Part shown: piece by piece, positions 10,514-21,001 of the stretch
Numbering within the stretch: the stretch's first letter is position 1
How the letters are laid out: the number at the start of each line of letters is the position of its first letter
Assembly (NCBI GenBank): GCA_040260805.1
Contig: JBDQPD010000006.1
Location: forward strand, 1-60,237
Length of the DNA: 60,237 nucleotides
Origin: Myxococcota bacterium
GTDB lineage: Bacteria > Myxococcota > UBA4151
Direction: 5' to 3'
Notes under the pieces: generated by a model
What the model was told of the DNA's origin: nothing
Seen by the model: only the letters and a program-made list of their open reading frames with translations
Database searches by the model: none
Made by a program: the position numbers and the translations under genes

Positions 10514-10535
10514 ATCACCTCACCTGATCATGTAC

Positions 10536-10571
10536 CGGCGGCGGGCTCCAAGCCCGCCGTCGTTATTTTTT
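10536..10571 (+). terminator. Rho-independent terminator
   Basis: Stem CGGCGGCGGGCT/AGCCCGCCGTCG with a CCA loop, followed by TTATTTTTT; lies between convergent genes. Confidence 0.8.
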
Positions 10572-11267
10572 GCCTATATAAAGGTGGGCGACGCCCGCTA
10601 AGAAGGGCTTCACCTCAACGCTGCTGCAGCCCGCCTCACGCATCATCGTGGCGAACTCATCGCTTGGCGGAAACGCGGCGACCGACTCTTGGAGATAGCG
10701 ATACTCTTTGGACCCACTCAGCAGAGCACCCAAACGCGGCACGATGTGGTGCACGTGGAAGCGGGCGAAGGGCGCCAACACACCTTGGCGTGGCTCACCA
10801 AGCTCGAGCACCACGATCGCGCCGCCCGGCTGCGTGCATCGAACCATCTCCGACAAGCCGAGGCGCCGATTGGGTACGTTACGAATTCCAAAGGCGATGC
10901 AGCTGGCTGCAAACTGGTCGTCTTTAAAGGGCATGGCTTGGGCGTCGCCCTCGATCAACTCGATACGCTGCCCCAAATCCGCTGCGTTCACCTTATCGTG
11001 CCCGACCGCCAACATGCCGGTGCTCGGATCCAAGCCCACGACATGAGCCTGCTCGTACCGTTTGGCGATCGACAAGGCGACGTCCGCGGTACCCGTTGCG
11101 ACGTCAAGAATCTCGCCCTCTTCGGCGTTGAGCGCATCGACAAGGTCTCGGCGCCAGCCGCGATCCATCCCCATGCTCAAAATACGATTCAAAAGATCAT
11201 AGCGCTGAGCGATCTGATCAAACATTTTGCCGCTACCATCGGCCAAGGCTGCTGCGCGTGTCGTCAT
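10563..11267 (-). CDS. menG: Demethylmenaquinone methyltransferase (UbiE/MenG)
   Basis: MFDQIAQRYDLLNR, LDVATGTAD, FGIRNV, YRYLQES motifs; men operon context. Confidence 0.93.
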   Translation of the reverse strand: MTTRAAALADGSGKMFDQIAQRYDLLNRILSMGMDRGWRRDLVDALNAEEGEILDVATGTADVALSIAKRYEQAHVVGLDPSTGMLAVGHDKVNAADLGQRIELIEGDAQAMPFKDDQFAASCIAFGIRNVPNRRLGLSEMVRCTQPGGAIVVLELGEPRQGVLAPFARFHVHHIVPRLGALLSGSKEYRYLQESVAAFPPSDEFATMMREAGCSSVEVKPFLAGVAHLYIGKK

Positions 11268-12235
11268 CGTTTAAAACCTAACTCGTACAAGGCGTCCGGA
11301 CTGAGCGCCTGAGCGCCATCGCTCAAAGCTGCTGAAGGATCACCGTGCGCTTCGATCATCAAACCGCTAGCTCCAGCGGCTACAGCCGCTTTGGCGAGCG
11401 CAGAGATCAGATCACGGCGCCCCACGGCATGCGATGGGTCCACCACGACCGGCAAACGAAGAACGCTCGTCAGCAAGGCGACCGCGCCGAGGTCCAAAAG
11501 GTTGCGTGTGTGGGGATCAAATCCAGAGATACCCCGCTCGCAGTACACCACCCCAGCGGCTCCCGCTGCGAGCAAATGCTCACCTGCGAGTAACCACTCC
11601 TCAACCGTGGCTGCCATGCCGCGCTTGAGTAAAATCGGCTTACCCATCGCACCGACCGCTCGGAGCAGAGCAAAATTCTGCATGTTGCGGCTACCAATTT
11701 GGAGCATGTCAGCGTGAGCACTCACAAGCTCGACCTCCGCCTCGCTCATGACCTCCGTCACGACCGCAAGTCCATGTCGGTCAGCGGCTTTGCGCATCCA
11801 GCCCAGCGCCTCGGCTCCATGCCCCGAGAAGCTGTAGGGTGAGCTGCGCGGCTTGAAGGCGCCACCTCGTAAGATGCTCGCACCCGCTGCGGCTACAGAA
11901 GCGGCGATCGCATCGACTTGCTCAGCAGATTCGATGGCGCAAGGTCCAGCCATTAAGAGCGGCTGACCACCCACGGCAAAGGCGACATCCCCTACCGCGA
12001 CCGGCTGCCCTGACTGGGCATCAACCCGAGGGTGGGCGCTGCGTGGGCGCTGGACCTCAGCGACCCCTTCTACCTGACGCAAGCGCTCCCAATCGATCGC
12101 CGCAGAGAACGGCTCTACCGCGAAACCTGTGGTTTCGCCTTGATCGCCTTCCAGGGCGCGTGTCCACAGACCCATGCCTTGCAGTTGGGCAGCAACAACC
12201 GATGCATCAGCTTCGTTTTCTAAGCGAATCCACAT
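11264..12235 (-). CDS. aroF: 3-deoxy-7-phosphoheptulonate (DAHP) synthase, class I-beta
   Basis: AGPCAIES, RGGAFKPRSSPY, QIGSRNMQNF, LKRG, CERG, DPSH; short N-terminal regulatory domain. Confidence 0.92.
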   Translation of the reverse strand: MWIRLENEADASVVAAQLQGMGLWTRALEGDQGETTGFAVEPFSAAIDWERLRQVEGVAEVQRPRSAHPRVDAQSGQPVAVGDVAFAVGGQPLLMAGPCAIESAEQVDAIAASVAAAGASILRGGAFKPRSSPYSFSGHGAEALGWMRKAADRHGLAVVTEVMSEAEVELVSAHADMLQIGSRNMQNFALLRAVGAMGKPILLKRGMAATVEEWLLAGEHLLAAGAAGVVYCERGISGFDPHTRNLLDLGAVALLTSVLRLPVVVDPSHAVGRRDLISALAKAAVAAGASGLMIEAHGDPSAALSDGAQALSPDALYELGFKR

Positions 12236-12237
12236 GA

Positions 12238-13296
12238 TTATCCCTTCCGCTCCACAACCGTTTGAGCCAGCAATTCAAGCGCTTCTCGCGCTCGACTCCG
12301 TGGCAGCGTTCGCAGCTGGTCTTGCGCAAACGCTACCCGCTCACCAGCCAACCGTCGCGTGGCTTCAAGCGCTCCGCAACGTCGGAGCGTCTGCACCACC
12401 GCAGTCTGTGAATCAAGGCCGCCTTCATCGGACATGCATTCTCGGACTTGATCGACAAAACCTGGGTCTTGCTCAGCCGCTAAAATCAGAGGCCAAGTGA
12501 GCTTGCCTTCACGTAAATCGGTGAACAATGCTTTGCCCGTCTGACTCGACTCACCCTCGAGATCGAGCACATCGTCAATCAATTGAAACGCCTCACCTAG
12601 AGCCATCCCAGCCTCTTTAAGGTTCCCGATCTGCTCGGCCGATAATCCAGCCAAGGTCGAACCCGCTTCAAAGCCCCAACGAAACAAGACCGCTGTCTTT
12701 CCTCTGATCACTTGCAAATACAACGATCGGTTCGGCTCAAATCTTCCACGCCACTCAAGTTGAAGGGCTTCGGCGGTGATAATATCGGAGATGGTATCGA
12801 GTAAACTCTCGAGCAGCTGAGGTGGACCGCTTTGCTGGACCAGGCGCAGAGCTTCGATGAGCAGGTGATCACCACCTAGGATCGAGGCGCTGTTCGAGTA
12901 GACCCGGCGAGCCGTCGGCTGCCCTCGGCGTTCGTCGCCTTCATCGATCACGTCATCATGCAGCAGCGTCGCTGCATGGATCAGCTCGCAGGTGACCGCG
13001 AGATCACGCACCTGATCACCCGAGACCGGAGCGCCTAGCCTTGAAGCGAGCAAAACGATCAAGGGCCGGACCCTCTTCCCACCGCTTTCAAGCAGGTATT
13101 GAGCAGCCGACTTTGCCGCCTCGGGCTCTCGACTGAGCCCTTCAAGGCTGCGGAGCTGCCCCTCGAGCTCCTGGAGATCAACAGCCATCCACTGCCTCAT
13201 GGACAAGAGCTGGCTAGCCAGATCGGTTGCGCCGACCTCGCTCGCCACTTCAGCTAACGGTTCAAGCACTGCAGTTTCCATGGCGGGCGCATTCAT
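12238..13296 (-). CDS. Polyprenyl diphosphate synthase (IspB/HepT-like)
   Basis: GGKRVRP, LHDDVIDE-x-x-x-RRG, GKTA, FQLIDD, DLREGK. Confidence 0.92.
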   Translation of the reverse strand: MNAPAMETAVLEPLAEVASEVGATDLASQLLSMRQWMAVDLQELEGQLRSLEGLSREPEAAKSAAQYLLESGGKRVRPLIVLLASRLGAPVSGDQVRDLAVTCELIHAATLLHDDVIDEGDERRGQPTARRVYSNSASILGGDHLLIEALRLVQQSGPPQLLESLLDTISDIITAEALQLEWRGRFEPNRSLYLQVIRGKTAVLFRWGFEAGSTLAGLSAEQIGNLKEAGMALGEAFQLIDDVLDLEGESSQTGKALFTDLREGKLTWPLILAAEQDPGFVDQVRECMSDEGGLDSQTAVVQTLRRCGALEATRRLAGERVAFAQDQLRTLPRSRAREALELLAQTVVERKG

Positions 13297-14645
13297 CGCG
13301 ACTCTCCATTATAGTCGGTAGATTCGACTCTACTCAGCCATTCTCTAAGATCGGCAGAGCGAACCTTGCCCATCGCATTCAACGGCTCCTCATTGAGCCA
13401 TAAAATTCGGTCTGGCGCTTTAAAAGCAGCTAAACGCTGCTGACAAAATGCGCGCAACTCAGCCGCAGAAGGTCGCCGATCACCCGCAGCGATCAACGCA
13501 GCCGCTGGTCGTTCGCCATAGGTCGAATCGGCGATTCCCACCACATGCGCTCGGGCGACGTCCGGATGCTCACAAAGCACCTTCACGATTTCACTCGGAT
13601 CAATATTTTCGCCGCCTGAGATGATCACGGCATCGGCTCGGCCCGTGACGCTGACACGCCCGAGTGCGTCGACCTGCCCAAGGTCTCCGGTCACACAAAC
13701 GCCGCCAGCAGCGGGCCCTCTGACGATTAAGCGTTCCGCCTCACTGACCACCTCGAGACCGACCAAAGGTGCAGCAGCACCGAGCGCTTCTCCAACCGAT
13801 AGGGTCGCCGCCTGAGAGGCGGTTTCACTCATGCCCCAACTCACCGCAACCGGCAGACCATAGGCGGTGGCCCGCTGAATCAATTCAACGCTCGGCTTGG
13901 CGCCGCCGACGAGCACCGTTCGGAGGTTGGCGTGCGCACCTGAGGGCGACAAATGTTCCAGTACAGCATCGAGCATCGTCGGGACCACCGACAGCTGAGT
14001 GACTAAACCCTGGCTGAGCGCTTGAGCGACGCGCTCTGCGTCAAAGCGAGCGTGCAGCTCGACGGTCGTCGCTGCGAACACGCAGCGCATCAAAATACTG
14101 AGCCCGCCCACATGATGCATCGGCAGGACAGCGAGCCATCGATCACCGGGCAAATGACCTAACCGCATCGCCGAGCCAAAGGCGGAAAAAACCAACTGAC
14201 CTGTGGTGATGACGACAGCTTTCGGCCGCCCTGTAGAGCCGGATGTGGCGACCACGAAACGCGCCTCATCAAGGGGCCATGGGCGCGCCGGGGGGGCGTC
14301 GTGTGCCAACCCATCGGCGAAGCCATCCACAAAACGCTGCGCTCCGAGCTGTTCGGCATAACGCTTAGGGTCTGGATCATCAGCAGGAACCGGAACCGCA
14401 CAAGCACCGACCCAACCTAAAGCGTGCACGGACACAACATCCTCGCCGCACCGAGTCATGGTCCATGCGACCCGCTCACCAGGCGTGACCCCATCAGCGA
14501 CTAAACCCGCAGCCCGGCGAAGCACCGCTTGGCTCAAACGCTCATAGGTCCACTGCGCGTCATCAGCCACCAAGGCGAGCGAGCGCCCATGGCTCGCTCG
14601 AGCGGTGCTCAGAGGATGAGGAATCAACTGATTCCAGTCGTTCAC
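13293..14645 (-). CDS. menE: o-succinylbenzoate--CoA ligase
   Basis: AMP-binding TSGSTGRPK, HVGG, WGMSETASQ, TGDLG, GRAD...GGEN; men operon context. Confidence 0.88.
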   Translation of the reverse strand: MNDWNQLIPHPLSTARASHGRSLALVADDAQWTYERLSQAVLRRAAGLVADGVTPGERVAWTMTRCGEDVVSVHALGWVGACAVPVPADDPDPKRYAEQLGAQRFVDGFADGLAHDAPPARPWPLDEARFVVATSGSTGRPKAVVITTGQLVFSAFGSAMRLGHLPGDRWLAVLPMHHVGGLSILMRCVFAATTVELHARFDAERVAQALSQGLVTQLSVVPTMLDAVLEHLSPSGAHANLRTVLVGGAKPSVELIQRATAYGLPVAVSWGMSETASQAATLSVGEALGAAAPLVGLEVVSEAERLIVRGPAAGGVCVTGDLGQVDALGRVSVTGRADAVIISGGENIDPSEIVKVLCEHPDVARAHVVGIADSTYGERPAAALIAAGDRRPSAAELRAFCQQRLAAFKAPDRILWLNEEPLNAMGKVRSADLREWLSRVESTDYNGESR

Positions 14646-15529
14646 AACAACACCCCCACGCTCAGCAAGACCGAAACGATCAAGCCGTGTCGAGCCGTTT
14701 GTCCGAGCAAGGGGTTAAGGCTCGCTCCTTGCAGCGCGCGAACTTGGACGATTCGGCGAATCGCTAGGGGCAAACCGATCAGCGCAATCGCCGCGCCAAG
14801 GGGGAAAATCTCGAGCCAAAGGCCGAACCCCACAGCGGCTTGAGCACCCAACAAACACAACGCGTATTCCAGACGACCGAAGCCCGCCCCAAAGCGAACC
14901 ACCAGGGTGCGTTTACCGACCCGTGCATCGGTGTGCTCATCACGCAGGTTGTTGACCACTAAGATCGCCGTGGTCGGTAAACCCACCACTAAACCGGCTA
15001 GATAAGCTGCCGGCTGTACGTCCCCTGTAATCAGGTAATAGGTTCCGCAAACCGCGACCTCACCAAAGAAGATCAGCACGAAAATATCACCTAAACCGGT
15101 GTAGGCTAATGGCGCCGGACCTCCTGTATAAAGATACGCAAAGACCAGGCTGACCACGCCAACAGCAAGGATAGGTAAGCCGCCAACCTGGGTCAGGTAA
15201 GCGCCCATCAGCAGGGCTAAGAAGATGCTCAGCGCACAAGCCCAAAGAACTTGTCTTTCGCTCATCCAACCCTTCTGAGTCACTCGGTCTGGACCTAAAC
15301 GCTCTTCGGTATCCGCGCCGCGGCGAAAGTCAGCCACATCATTGTACAAATTCGCAAAGATTTGGATGAAGAGCGCGCCGAGTAACGCAGCGATCGTCAC
15401 CATGAAATCTTTTGCGCCATGCGCCATCGCCAAAGCAGCCCCCACCGCAACTGGTGCGGCGGCGGCGGGCAAAGTCTGCGGCCGAATCGCTGCCAGCGTG
15501 ATCGTCCATATGGAGGGGGTCAGAGTCAT
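14642..15529 (-). CDS. menA: 1,4-dihydroxy-2-naphthoate polyprenyltransferase
   Basis: RPQTL, NLYND-x-x-D-x-x-x-G-x-D, YTGGP, NNLRD...D...GKRTL. Confidence 0.93.
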   Translation of the reverse strand: MTLTPSIWTITLAAIRPQTLPAAAAPVAVGAALAMAHGAKDFMVTIAALLGALFIQIFANLYNDVADFRRGADTEERLGPDRVTQKGWMSERQVLWACALSIFLALLMGAYLTQVGGLPILAVGVVSLVFAYLYTGGPAPLAYTGLGDIFVLIFFGEVAVCGTYYLITGDVQPAAYLAGLVVGLPTTAILVVNNLRDEHTDARVGKRTLVVRFGAGFGRLEYALCLLGAQAAVGFGLWLEIFPLGAAIALIGLPLAIRRIVQVRALQGASLNPLLGQTARHGLIVSVLLSVGVLL

Positions 15530-17214
15530 CCTAGCCCTCCAAGCAAATCGATCAGTGCCTGATCAACCAGCGCTCGCCAGTCCTGATCTTGGTCATGACT
15601 CACGTCGGCGATCAGCACCCGAGGTCCAGACGCTCGAACCCAGACCGGCACCACCTGGCTTAGCGCTTCATGGTCTTGAACTCGCTCCGCCCAGAGACCG
15701 AGCCCACGCGCAGCGCTGAGTAAATCGACGGCGGGAGGCGTCTCAAAGCACGACTCAAACGCTGAAGGGTGCGCTGCGATCGGTAAGCGGCGAAAGATCC
15801 CTCCACCCGAGTTGTCGATCACCAGCACCGCAAGGTCCGGTTGATCTGCGACGATCTGAGCTAAGGCGCCCAGATCGTGTACACACGCGACATCACCGAT
15901 GACGACCAAGGTTTTTTGACCGCTCGATGTCGCCACACCGAGGGCTGTGGATAGCGTCCCATCAATGCCGTTGAGCCCCCGATTACTCAGGATCGTCCTT
16001 GGCATCTTTGATCGAGGAACCCAGCCTTCAAGGTGGCGAATAGGGAGACTGCTCGCCACCTGCATGCAATCAAAATGTTCGATCACACGACGCAAAGCGC
16101 TCGCCTCACTCCAACCCTCGACGTTCAAGCTCGATTCAGCAGCCTGTGCAGCGTCTCGCCACGTCCTTAGCCAATCGCTCGGGGCAGCTACCAGTTGCTG
16201 TTTGGACAGGTGCTCGAGCGTTCCAGCTTCATCGCCCGCCACCAACAACCCAGCGCCGAGCGTCGGATCACGCCAAAGTCCATCTCGATCCAAAATCAGA
16301 TGATCGCCGGACCAACTTGAGAGCCACTGACGGACCCGTTTACTGGTCAAACCTGAGCCGATCTGAACCACGACTTCAGGCTCATGTTGACCCACAAAAC
16401 CAACTCCGAGCAAACGGTCCAGGTAGCCCGCTTCGTTGTCTCCGGATCGACCGCGCAAGCGCGAGGCGGGCTCAGCGAAGACCGGCCACCCTAAGCGCTG
16501 CGCAAAGGCATGAACGGCTTCGAGGAAGCGCTCGTCATAAGCTGCGCTGCCATGCATCGGACCACAAACTAACCAGCCTCTTTTCTCGCTGAGCCGCCGC
16601 GCAAGCCCGTCGAGCGCGTCAAGGTCTGCGTTGGGTAAAGAGGGAACCAAAGAGGCGGCTGGACGCGCTTGGGTCTCGAGCCCTTCAGCCCAAAGCGGCT
16701 CACGAAAGGGGCAATTCAAATGAACCGGGCCTTCGGGTGAGCCCCAGCAGGCAGCGAGCGCTGCAAGCGCTGCTGGCGCCCAAGCTTTCGCCCCGTGTTC
16801 ATCCGCTAGCGGCAGCTGCTTGAACCAGCGAACGGCGGGGTCTAAAAGATGCCGTTGGTCTAGAGCCTGGGGTGCTCCGCAATCGGTCATTTCGTCAGGT
16901 CGAGCGGCGCTCAAGACAATGATCGGCACCCGCGCCTCATCGGCTTCAAGTAAAGCAGGTAGATAGTGCGCTATAGCCGAGCCGCTAGTGCAGATAAGCA
17001 GGGGTGGCCGCCCGCTCACTCGGCTCATACCTAAGGCCATAAAGCCAGCAACTCGCTCATCGATCGCGACGCTGCAGCGAAGCTTAGCGCACGCTTGGGC
17101 AGCCAGGACTAAGGGCGTGTTTCGGCTTCCCGGGCTGATCACCGCCTCGCGCACACCGCCGGCTACCAACGCTTCGATCAGGTCACGAGCTGCTTGTGCT
17201 TGGTGCTGCATCAT
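15526..17214 (-). CDS. menD: SEPHCHC synthase
   Basis: SPGSRNTPL, DERVAGF, CTSGSA, GPVHLN-x-PFREPL, NRGLNGIDG, DNSGGGIF. Confidence 0.93.
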   Translation of the reverse strand: MMQHQAQAARDLIEALVAGGVREAVISPGSRNTPLVLAAQACAKLRCSVAIDERVAGFMALGMSRVSGRPPLLICTSGSAIAHYLPALLEADEARVPIIVLSAARPDEMTDCGAPQALDQRHLLDPAVRWFKQLPLADEHGAKAWAPAALAALAACWGSPEGPVHLNCPFREPLWAEGLETQARPAASLVPSLPNADLDALDGLARRLSEKRGWLVCGPMHGSAAYDERFLEAVHAFAQRLGWPVFAEPASRLRGRSGDNEAGYLDRLLGVGFVGQHEPEVVVQIGSGLTSKRVRQWLSSWSGDHLILDRDGLWRDPTLGAGLLVAGDEAGTLEHLSKQQLVAAPSDWLRTWRDAAQAAESSLNVEGWSEASALRRVIEHFDCMQVASSLPIRHLEGWVPRSKMPRTILSNRGLNGIDGTLSTALGVATSSGQKTLVVIGDVACVHDLGALAQIVADQPDLAVLVIDNSGGGIFRRLPIAAHPSAFESCFETPPAVDLLSAARGLGLWAERVQDHEALSQVVPVWVRASGPRVLIADVSHDQDQDWRALVDQALIDLLGGLG

Positions 17215-18467
17215 GGAGTCAGCCCCAGTAATTCGGTCTCAATAGAGGCGACCTTAGCATCAATCTCTGCGCGCTCAAGGTGAGGAACACTTTGCGCAAC
17301 GATCCCGGCGCCTGCGAAGACCGAGGCGGCATCACCCCGTAAAAGGGCTGAGCGGATTGCGACCGCAGCGTGGCCTTGTCGTGGTCCACCGATCCAACCA
17401 AATGGCGCTCCAAAGCCGCCGCGCTCCAGGCCTTCAGATTGGCGAAGGAACTCCAGCGCTGAGGCTTGAGGGTAACCCCCTAGGGCTGGCGTCGGATGCA
17501 AGGCGCTGACCAAATCCAAAAACCCAGTGCTCGGGCGGGTAGCGCCTTTGAGGTGGCGCTCTAAATGATGCAGATGAGTGAGGCTTCGAACCGTCGGCTC
17601 CTCAGGGATGCTCAAGGAATCAACGAGGGGATTAAGCGCCTCGACCATTCCGGTCGCCACCAGGTCGTGCTCTCGTCGATCCTTAGCGCTGCTCAGGAGA
17701 TCTTGAGCGGCTCCTTTCGGGCCGCGTCGCCGCGTCCCGGCGAGCACATGAGCGCTGAGTTTGTTCCCGTTTTGGCGCACCAGCGTCTCAGGGGTACACC
17801 CTGCAAGAACAGCGTCCGTCCCGTGGGTGTAGGCAAAGTGAATCCCATCTCGAGGGTTCGTCAAAAGATTCTCAAGCACCGACTCGAGTGGGCTGGTAGC
17901 GTAGTGATGGTGCCGACAATTCGCGAGGACGACTTTGTGGAGGTCATCACCTAATGCCTGCGTGGTCGCTGCCACACGCGCCGCAAAGGCGCTGGGCGGC
18001 TCAGCCCAGAAGCATTCATCGGAAACGGGCACGCCCAGCTTCGAGGCTTCAACTGAACCCTTCAACAGATCGCTCAAGAGCCCTTGACCGAGTTCCAGGT
18101 CGGCGTGGGTGGGCCCTTGAATCAAAACTTCGGTCTGACCCGCTCGCTCGCTCAGCACAAGCTGCGGTAAAACAAGGTAAAAACCAGGCCAACCCGCCCA
18201 TTGATCCTGTCCTGGATCTTGGTCAAAAGTACTCGTGAACCAAGCGCGGGGCAGACCGTCTTGAGCAGGCTGCTCCCAATCGATGCGCTCCAGCCATTGC
18301 TGAGCATTAGCCATGGCACCAGGCCCGGACCCGGCGAAGTTTTCAACGCAACCAATACTCAACAAGCGGGTCTGATCTTGAGGGCGACGCCAAAACAACG
18401 CAGGCAAGCCGGCTTGCATCGCTCGCCGCACGAGATACGCCCATGGCAGATTCGAATGCTGACTCAC
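17211..18467 (-). CDS. menF: Isochorismate synthase
   Basis: KVVLA, TPETL, LAGT, KDRREH, LHPTPALGG, IRSAL, FAGAGIV. Start uncertain (GTG 18467 or TTG 18503). Confidence 0.88.
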   Translation of the reverse strand: MSQHSNLPWAYLVRRAMQAGLPALFWRRPQDQTRLLSIGCVENFAGSGPGAMANAQQWLERIDWEQPAQDGLPRAWFTSTFDQDPGQDQWAGWPGFYLVLPQLVLSERAGQTEVLIQGPTHADLELGQGLLSDLLKGSVEASKLGVPVSDECFWAEPPSAFAARVAATTQALGDDLHKVVLANCRHHHYATSPLESVLENLLTNPRDGIHFAYTHGTDAVLAGCTPETLVRQNGNKLSAHVLAGTRRRGPKGAAQDLLSSAKDRREHDLVATGMVEALNPLVDSLSIPEEPTVRSLTHLHHLERHLKGATRPSTGFLDLVSALHPTPALGGYPQASALEFLRQSEGLERGGFGAPFGWIGGPRQGHAAVAIRSALLRGDAASVFAGAGIVAQSVPHLERAEIDAKVASIETELLGLTP

Positions 18468-18597
18468 CCTGCTCTTCAAGACGCCACCTTTTGGACGACT
18501 CAACGCCGCCGCGTAGCGGCGTAGCCCTCGCGCGCACGAGGAGCAAGCTTATACGCTACGAAAACCCTTGAGACAGGAGCGCCTCTGATGCCGCGTT

Positions 18598-19803
18598 CTA
18601 AGGCGTTATCTTTCCTGGGCTGAGCTCGATCAACTCGGTACGCTCGATGGCTTCGTCGATCAAACCCTCGACATCCAGACGCCATTCTTGAGCTTCAAGA
18701 ATATGATTTTTACCCCTAGTCGTAGGACTTTTAGGGACAAACAAGGTGCAGCAATCGTCGAAGGGGCGGATCGAGATGTCGTAGGTTCCGAGCGCACGCG
18801 CACGGTCCATCACCTCGGTTTTATCGACGGTGAGCAAGGGCCGCATGACAAAGCGCTCGGATAGGCCATCCACGATGTTGAGGTTCTCAAGCGTCTGGCT
18901 TGCCACCTGCCCAAGGCTCTCACCGGTCACCAAGGCTAGACAGCGACGCGCCTTCGCCACGCGGTCGGCGATCCGATACATGAAACGACGATACAAAAGG
19001 ACGGTATGCTTAGCCTCACAATGGGCTTTGATCGCTTTTTGGATCTCTGTGAAGTGAACGCTGTGGAGGATCATGTGCCCTTGAGCACCTGCGAGCACCG
19101 AGCCGAGCTCGCGGACCTTGTCACGAGTGTCCTCAGGGACGAAGGGAGGCGAATGAAAATAGATGCTCTCGAGCTCACAGCCGCGTCGCTGTGCGAAGTG
19201 TCCAGCGACCGGTGAATCAATCCCTCCGGAGAGCAGCAGTAAGGTCTTCCCCGCGCTGCCTACCGGCAACCCGCCGCAGCCGACATAATCTTCCGTCCAT
19301 AAGGCCGAACCATGAGCTGCCACCTCACACCCCAAGGTCAGCGATGCGCCGCGCAGATCAACAGGCATCGGAAACTCAGCGAGTACGGCTTCAGCTAACA
19401 CTCGACCCAGCTCCGGTGATCCCATCTCAAAGCGCTTATCATTGCGTCGAGCCATCACCCGAAACGTTGACGAGGGGTTGTTGCGGTGCGCAGGTGATTC
19501 GAGCGCCGCTTGAATCAGGCGAGGCGCCATCATCTTCATGGCGTCGACATCACGCTCCACATGGTGGGCGCAAACCACTCGGGCAATTCCTGGGGTTCGA
19601 CGAGCCAACTCCAAGGCGCCGGCCCAAGGCCCATCACCCAGGCGAATCTCGATCCGGTCGTGGCGGACCGCCACCTCAGCATCGGGCGCTGCAGCCTTAA
19701 GACCGTGGCGTAATCGCTTGGCAAGAATGCGCACGAAGTCTTGCCGGTTTCCGCCCTTGAGCCACAACTCACCGAAGCGCAGGATCAGCAGATCAGGTCG
19801 CAT
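18598..19803 (-). CDS. thiI: tRNA 4-thiouridine synthase (THUMP + PP-loop, no rhodanese domain)
   Basis: GELWLKGGNR, GGLPVG, LLSGGIDSPVA, TGESLGQVASQT, DDCC. Confidence 0.94.
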   Translation of the reverse strand: MRPDLLILRFGELWLKGGNRQDFVRILAKRLRHGLKAAAPDAEVAVRHDRIEIRLGDGPWAGALELARRTPGIARVVCAHHVERDVDAMKMMAPRLIQAALESPAHRNNPSSTFRVMARRNDKRFEMGSPELGRVLAEAVLAEFPMPVDLRGASLTLGCEVAAHGSALWTEDYVGCGGLPVGSAGKTLLLLSGGIDSPVAGHFAQRRGCELESIYFHSPPFVPEDTRDKVRELGSVLAGAQGHMILHSVHFTEIQKAIKAHCEAKHTVLLYRRFMYRIADRVAKARRCLALVTGESLGQVASQTLENLNIVDGLSERFVMRPLLTVDKTEVMDRARALGTYDISIRPFDDCCTLFVPKSPTTRGKNHILEAQEWRLDVEGLIDEAIERTELIELSPGKITP

Positions 19804-20926
19804 AAACGGCTCTTAGATCGGCGACGCATCGCCCAAAAATCGTAGCGGCTTGAGCTAACTCAGATTCGACCGTGGTGCGGCCGACGCTGAAGCGTAAGAA
19901 GGCGCCCTCCTCGGGGCTGCGCTGCATCGCCAACAAAACCTTTGAGAAGTCCTGTCGCGATGAGCGAGTGCAGGCGCTGCCCGCGCTGCAACATACGCCC
20001 GCTTCAGCGAGCGAGTTGAGCAAAGGCCCTGTGGGGATACCTGGGACATGGACGCTGCATATATGAGCAGCCCTCGAGGCACCAAAGTCAGGGCCGATCA
20101 ACTCGAGATCGGGTACGGCCGACTTGAGCACCTCGAAACACCGGCGTCCCAGCTGATGGGTTGGAGCTTGGCTTTGCAGATCAGCAGCCTCGGCGAACCC
20201 CCACGCCAAGACGGCGCACTGCGTCCCACCGCGCAGACCGGCTTCTTGACCTCCGCCGAGAAACACCGGCCGCAGCGCCGAGAGGTTGCGCGCCCACAGC
20301 CCACCGATCCCCTTGGGTCCATGAATTTTGTGGCTGGTAAAAGCCATCAAGTCGACGTCAAGGGCGCCCATATCGAGCGGGACTTTAGCGAAGGCTTGGA
20401 CCGCATCGACGATGATTTTCGCACGCGGGGCTTGCCGCCGAACGATCTGTGCAATCGACGCCAGGTCATTGAGCGCGCCCACTTCATTGTTGACCATCAT
20501 CACCGCCACAATGCGCGTCTGTGAGGTCACCATCCGCGCGACCGTTTGCGGTCGCAGCACACCCAACTCATCAACCGGCATCTCATCCAGCTGCCAGCCA
20601 AACCGCTCCTTGAGCCGATAAGCTGACTCTGAGATCGCTGAATGTTCGACCGCGCTGATCGCGATCCGCGCCGGCGCATCGCCGGCGCTGCCCAAGACCG
20701 CCAACCCGAGCGACTCGGTCCCGCCGCCTGTAAACACAATTTGATCGGACTGAGCACTGATCAATTGAGCGATGCGATGCCGGGCACGCTCGAGCTCCTT
20801 GCGCGCCTTGCGGCCTAATGCATGCGCCGAAGAGGGGTTCGCAAAACTTGTCTCAAAACGCTTCAGCATACCCGCTCGAATGGACTCATCAATTGGAGTC
20901 GTTGCTGCGTGATCAAGATAAAGCAT
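19793..20926 (-). CDS. iscS: Cysteine desulfurase (IscS/NifZ-like)
   Basis: YLDHAATTP, NPSS-x-H, DAVQ, SHKIHGPKG (PLP Lys), SAGSAC. Confidence 0.88.
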   Translation of the reverse strand: MLYLDHAATTPIDESIRAGMLKRFETSFANPSSAHALGRKARKELERARHRIAQLISAQSDQIVFTGGGTESLGLAVLGSAGDAPARIAISAVEHSAISESAYRLKERFGWQLDEMPVDELGVLRPQTVARMVTSQTRIVAVMMVNNEVGALNDLASIAQIVRRQAPRAKIIVDAVQAFAKVPLDMGALDVDLMAFTSHKIHGPKGIGGLWARNLSALRPVFLGGGQEAGLRGGTQCAVLAWGFAEAADLQSQAPTHQLGRRCFEVLKSAVPDLELIGPDFGASRAAHICSVHVPGIPTGPLLNSLAEAGVCCSAGSACTRSSRQDFSKVLLAMQRSPEEGAFLRFSVGRTTVESELAQAATIFGRCVADLRAVYAT

Positions 20927-21001
20927 GCTCCCAGCCTCCTTCTGCGACCCTTTTCATCCGCCAGCGTCCGACGCAAGGTCTGGCGCCGGAGGAGGTACCA
21001 A

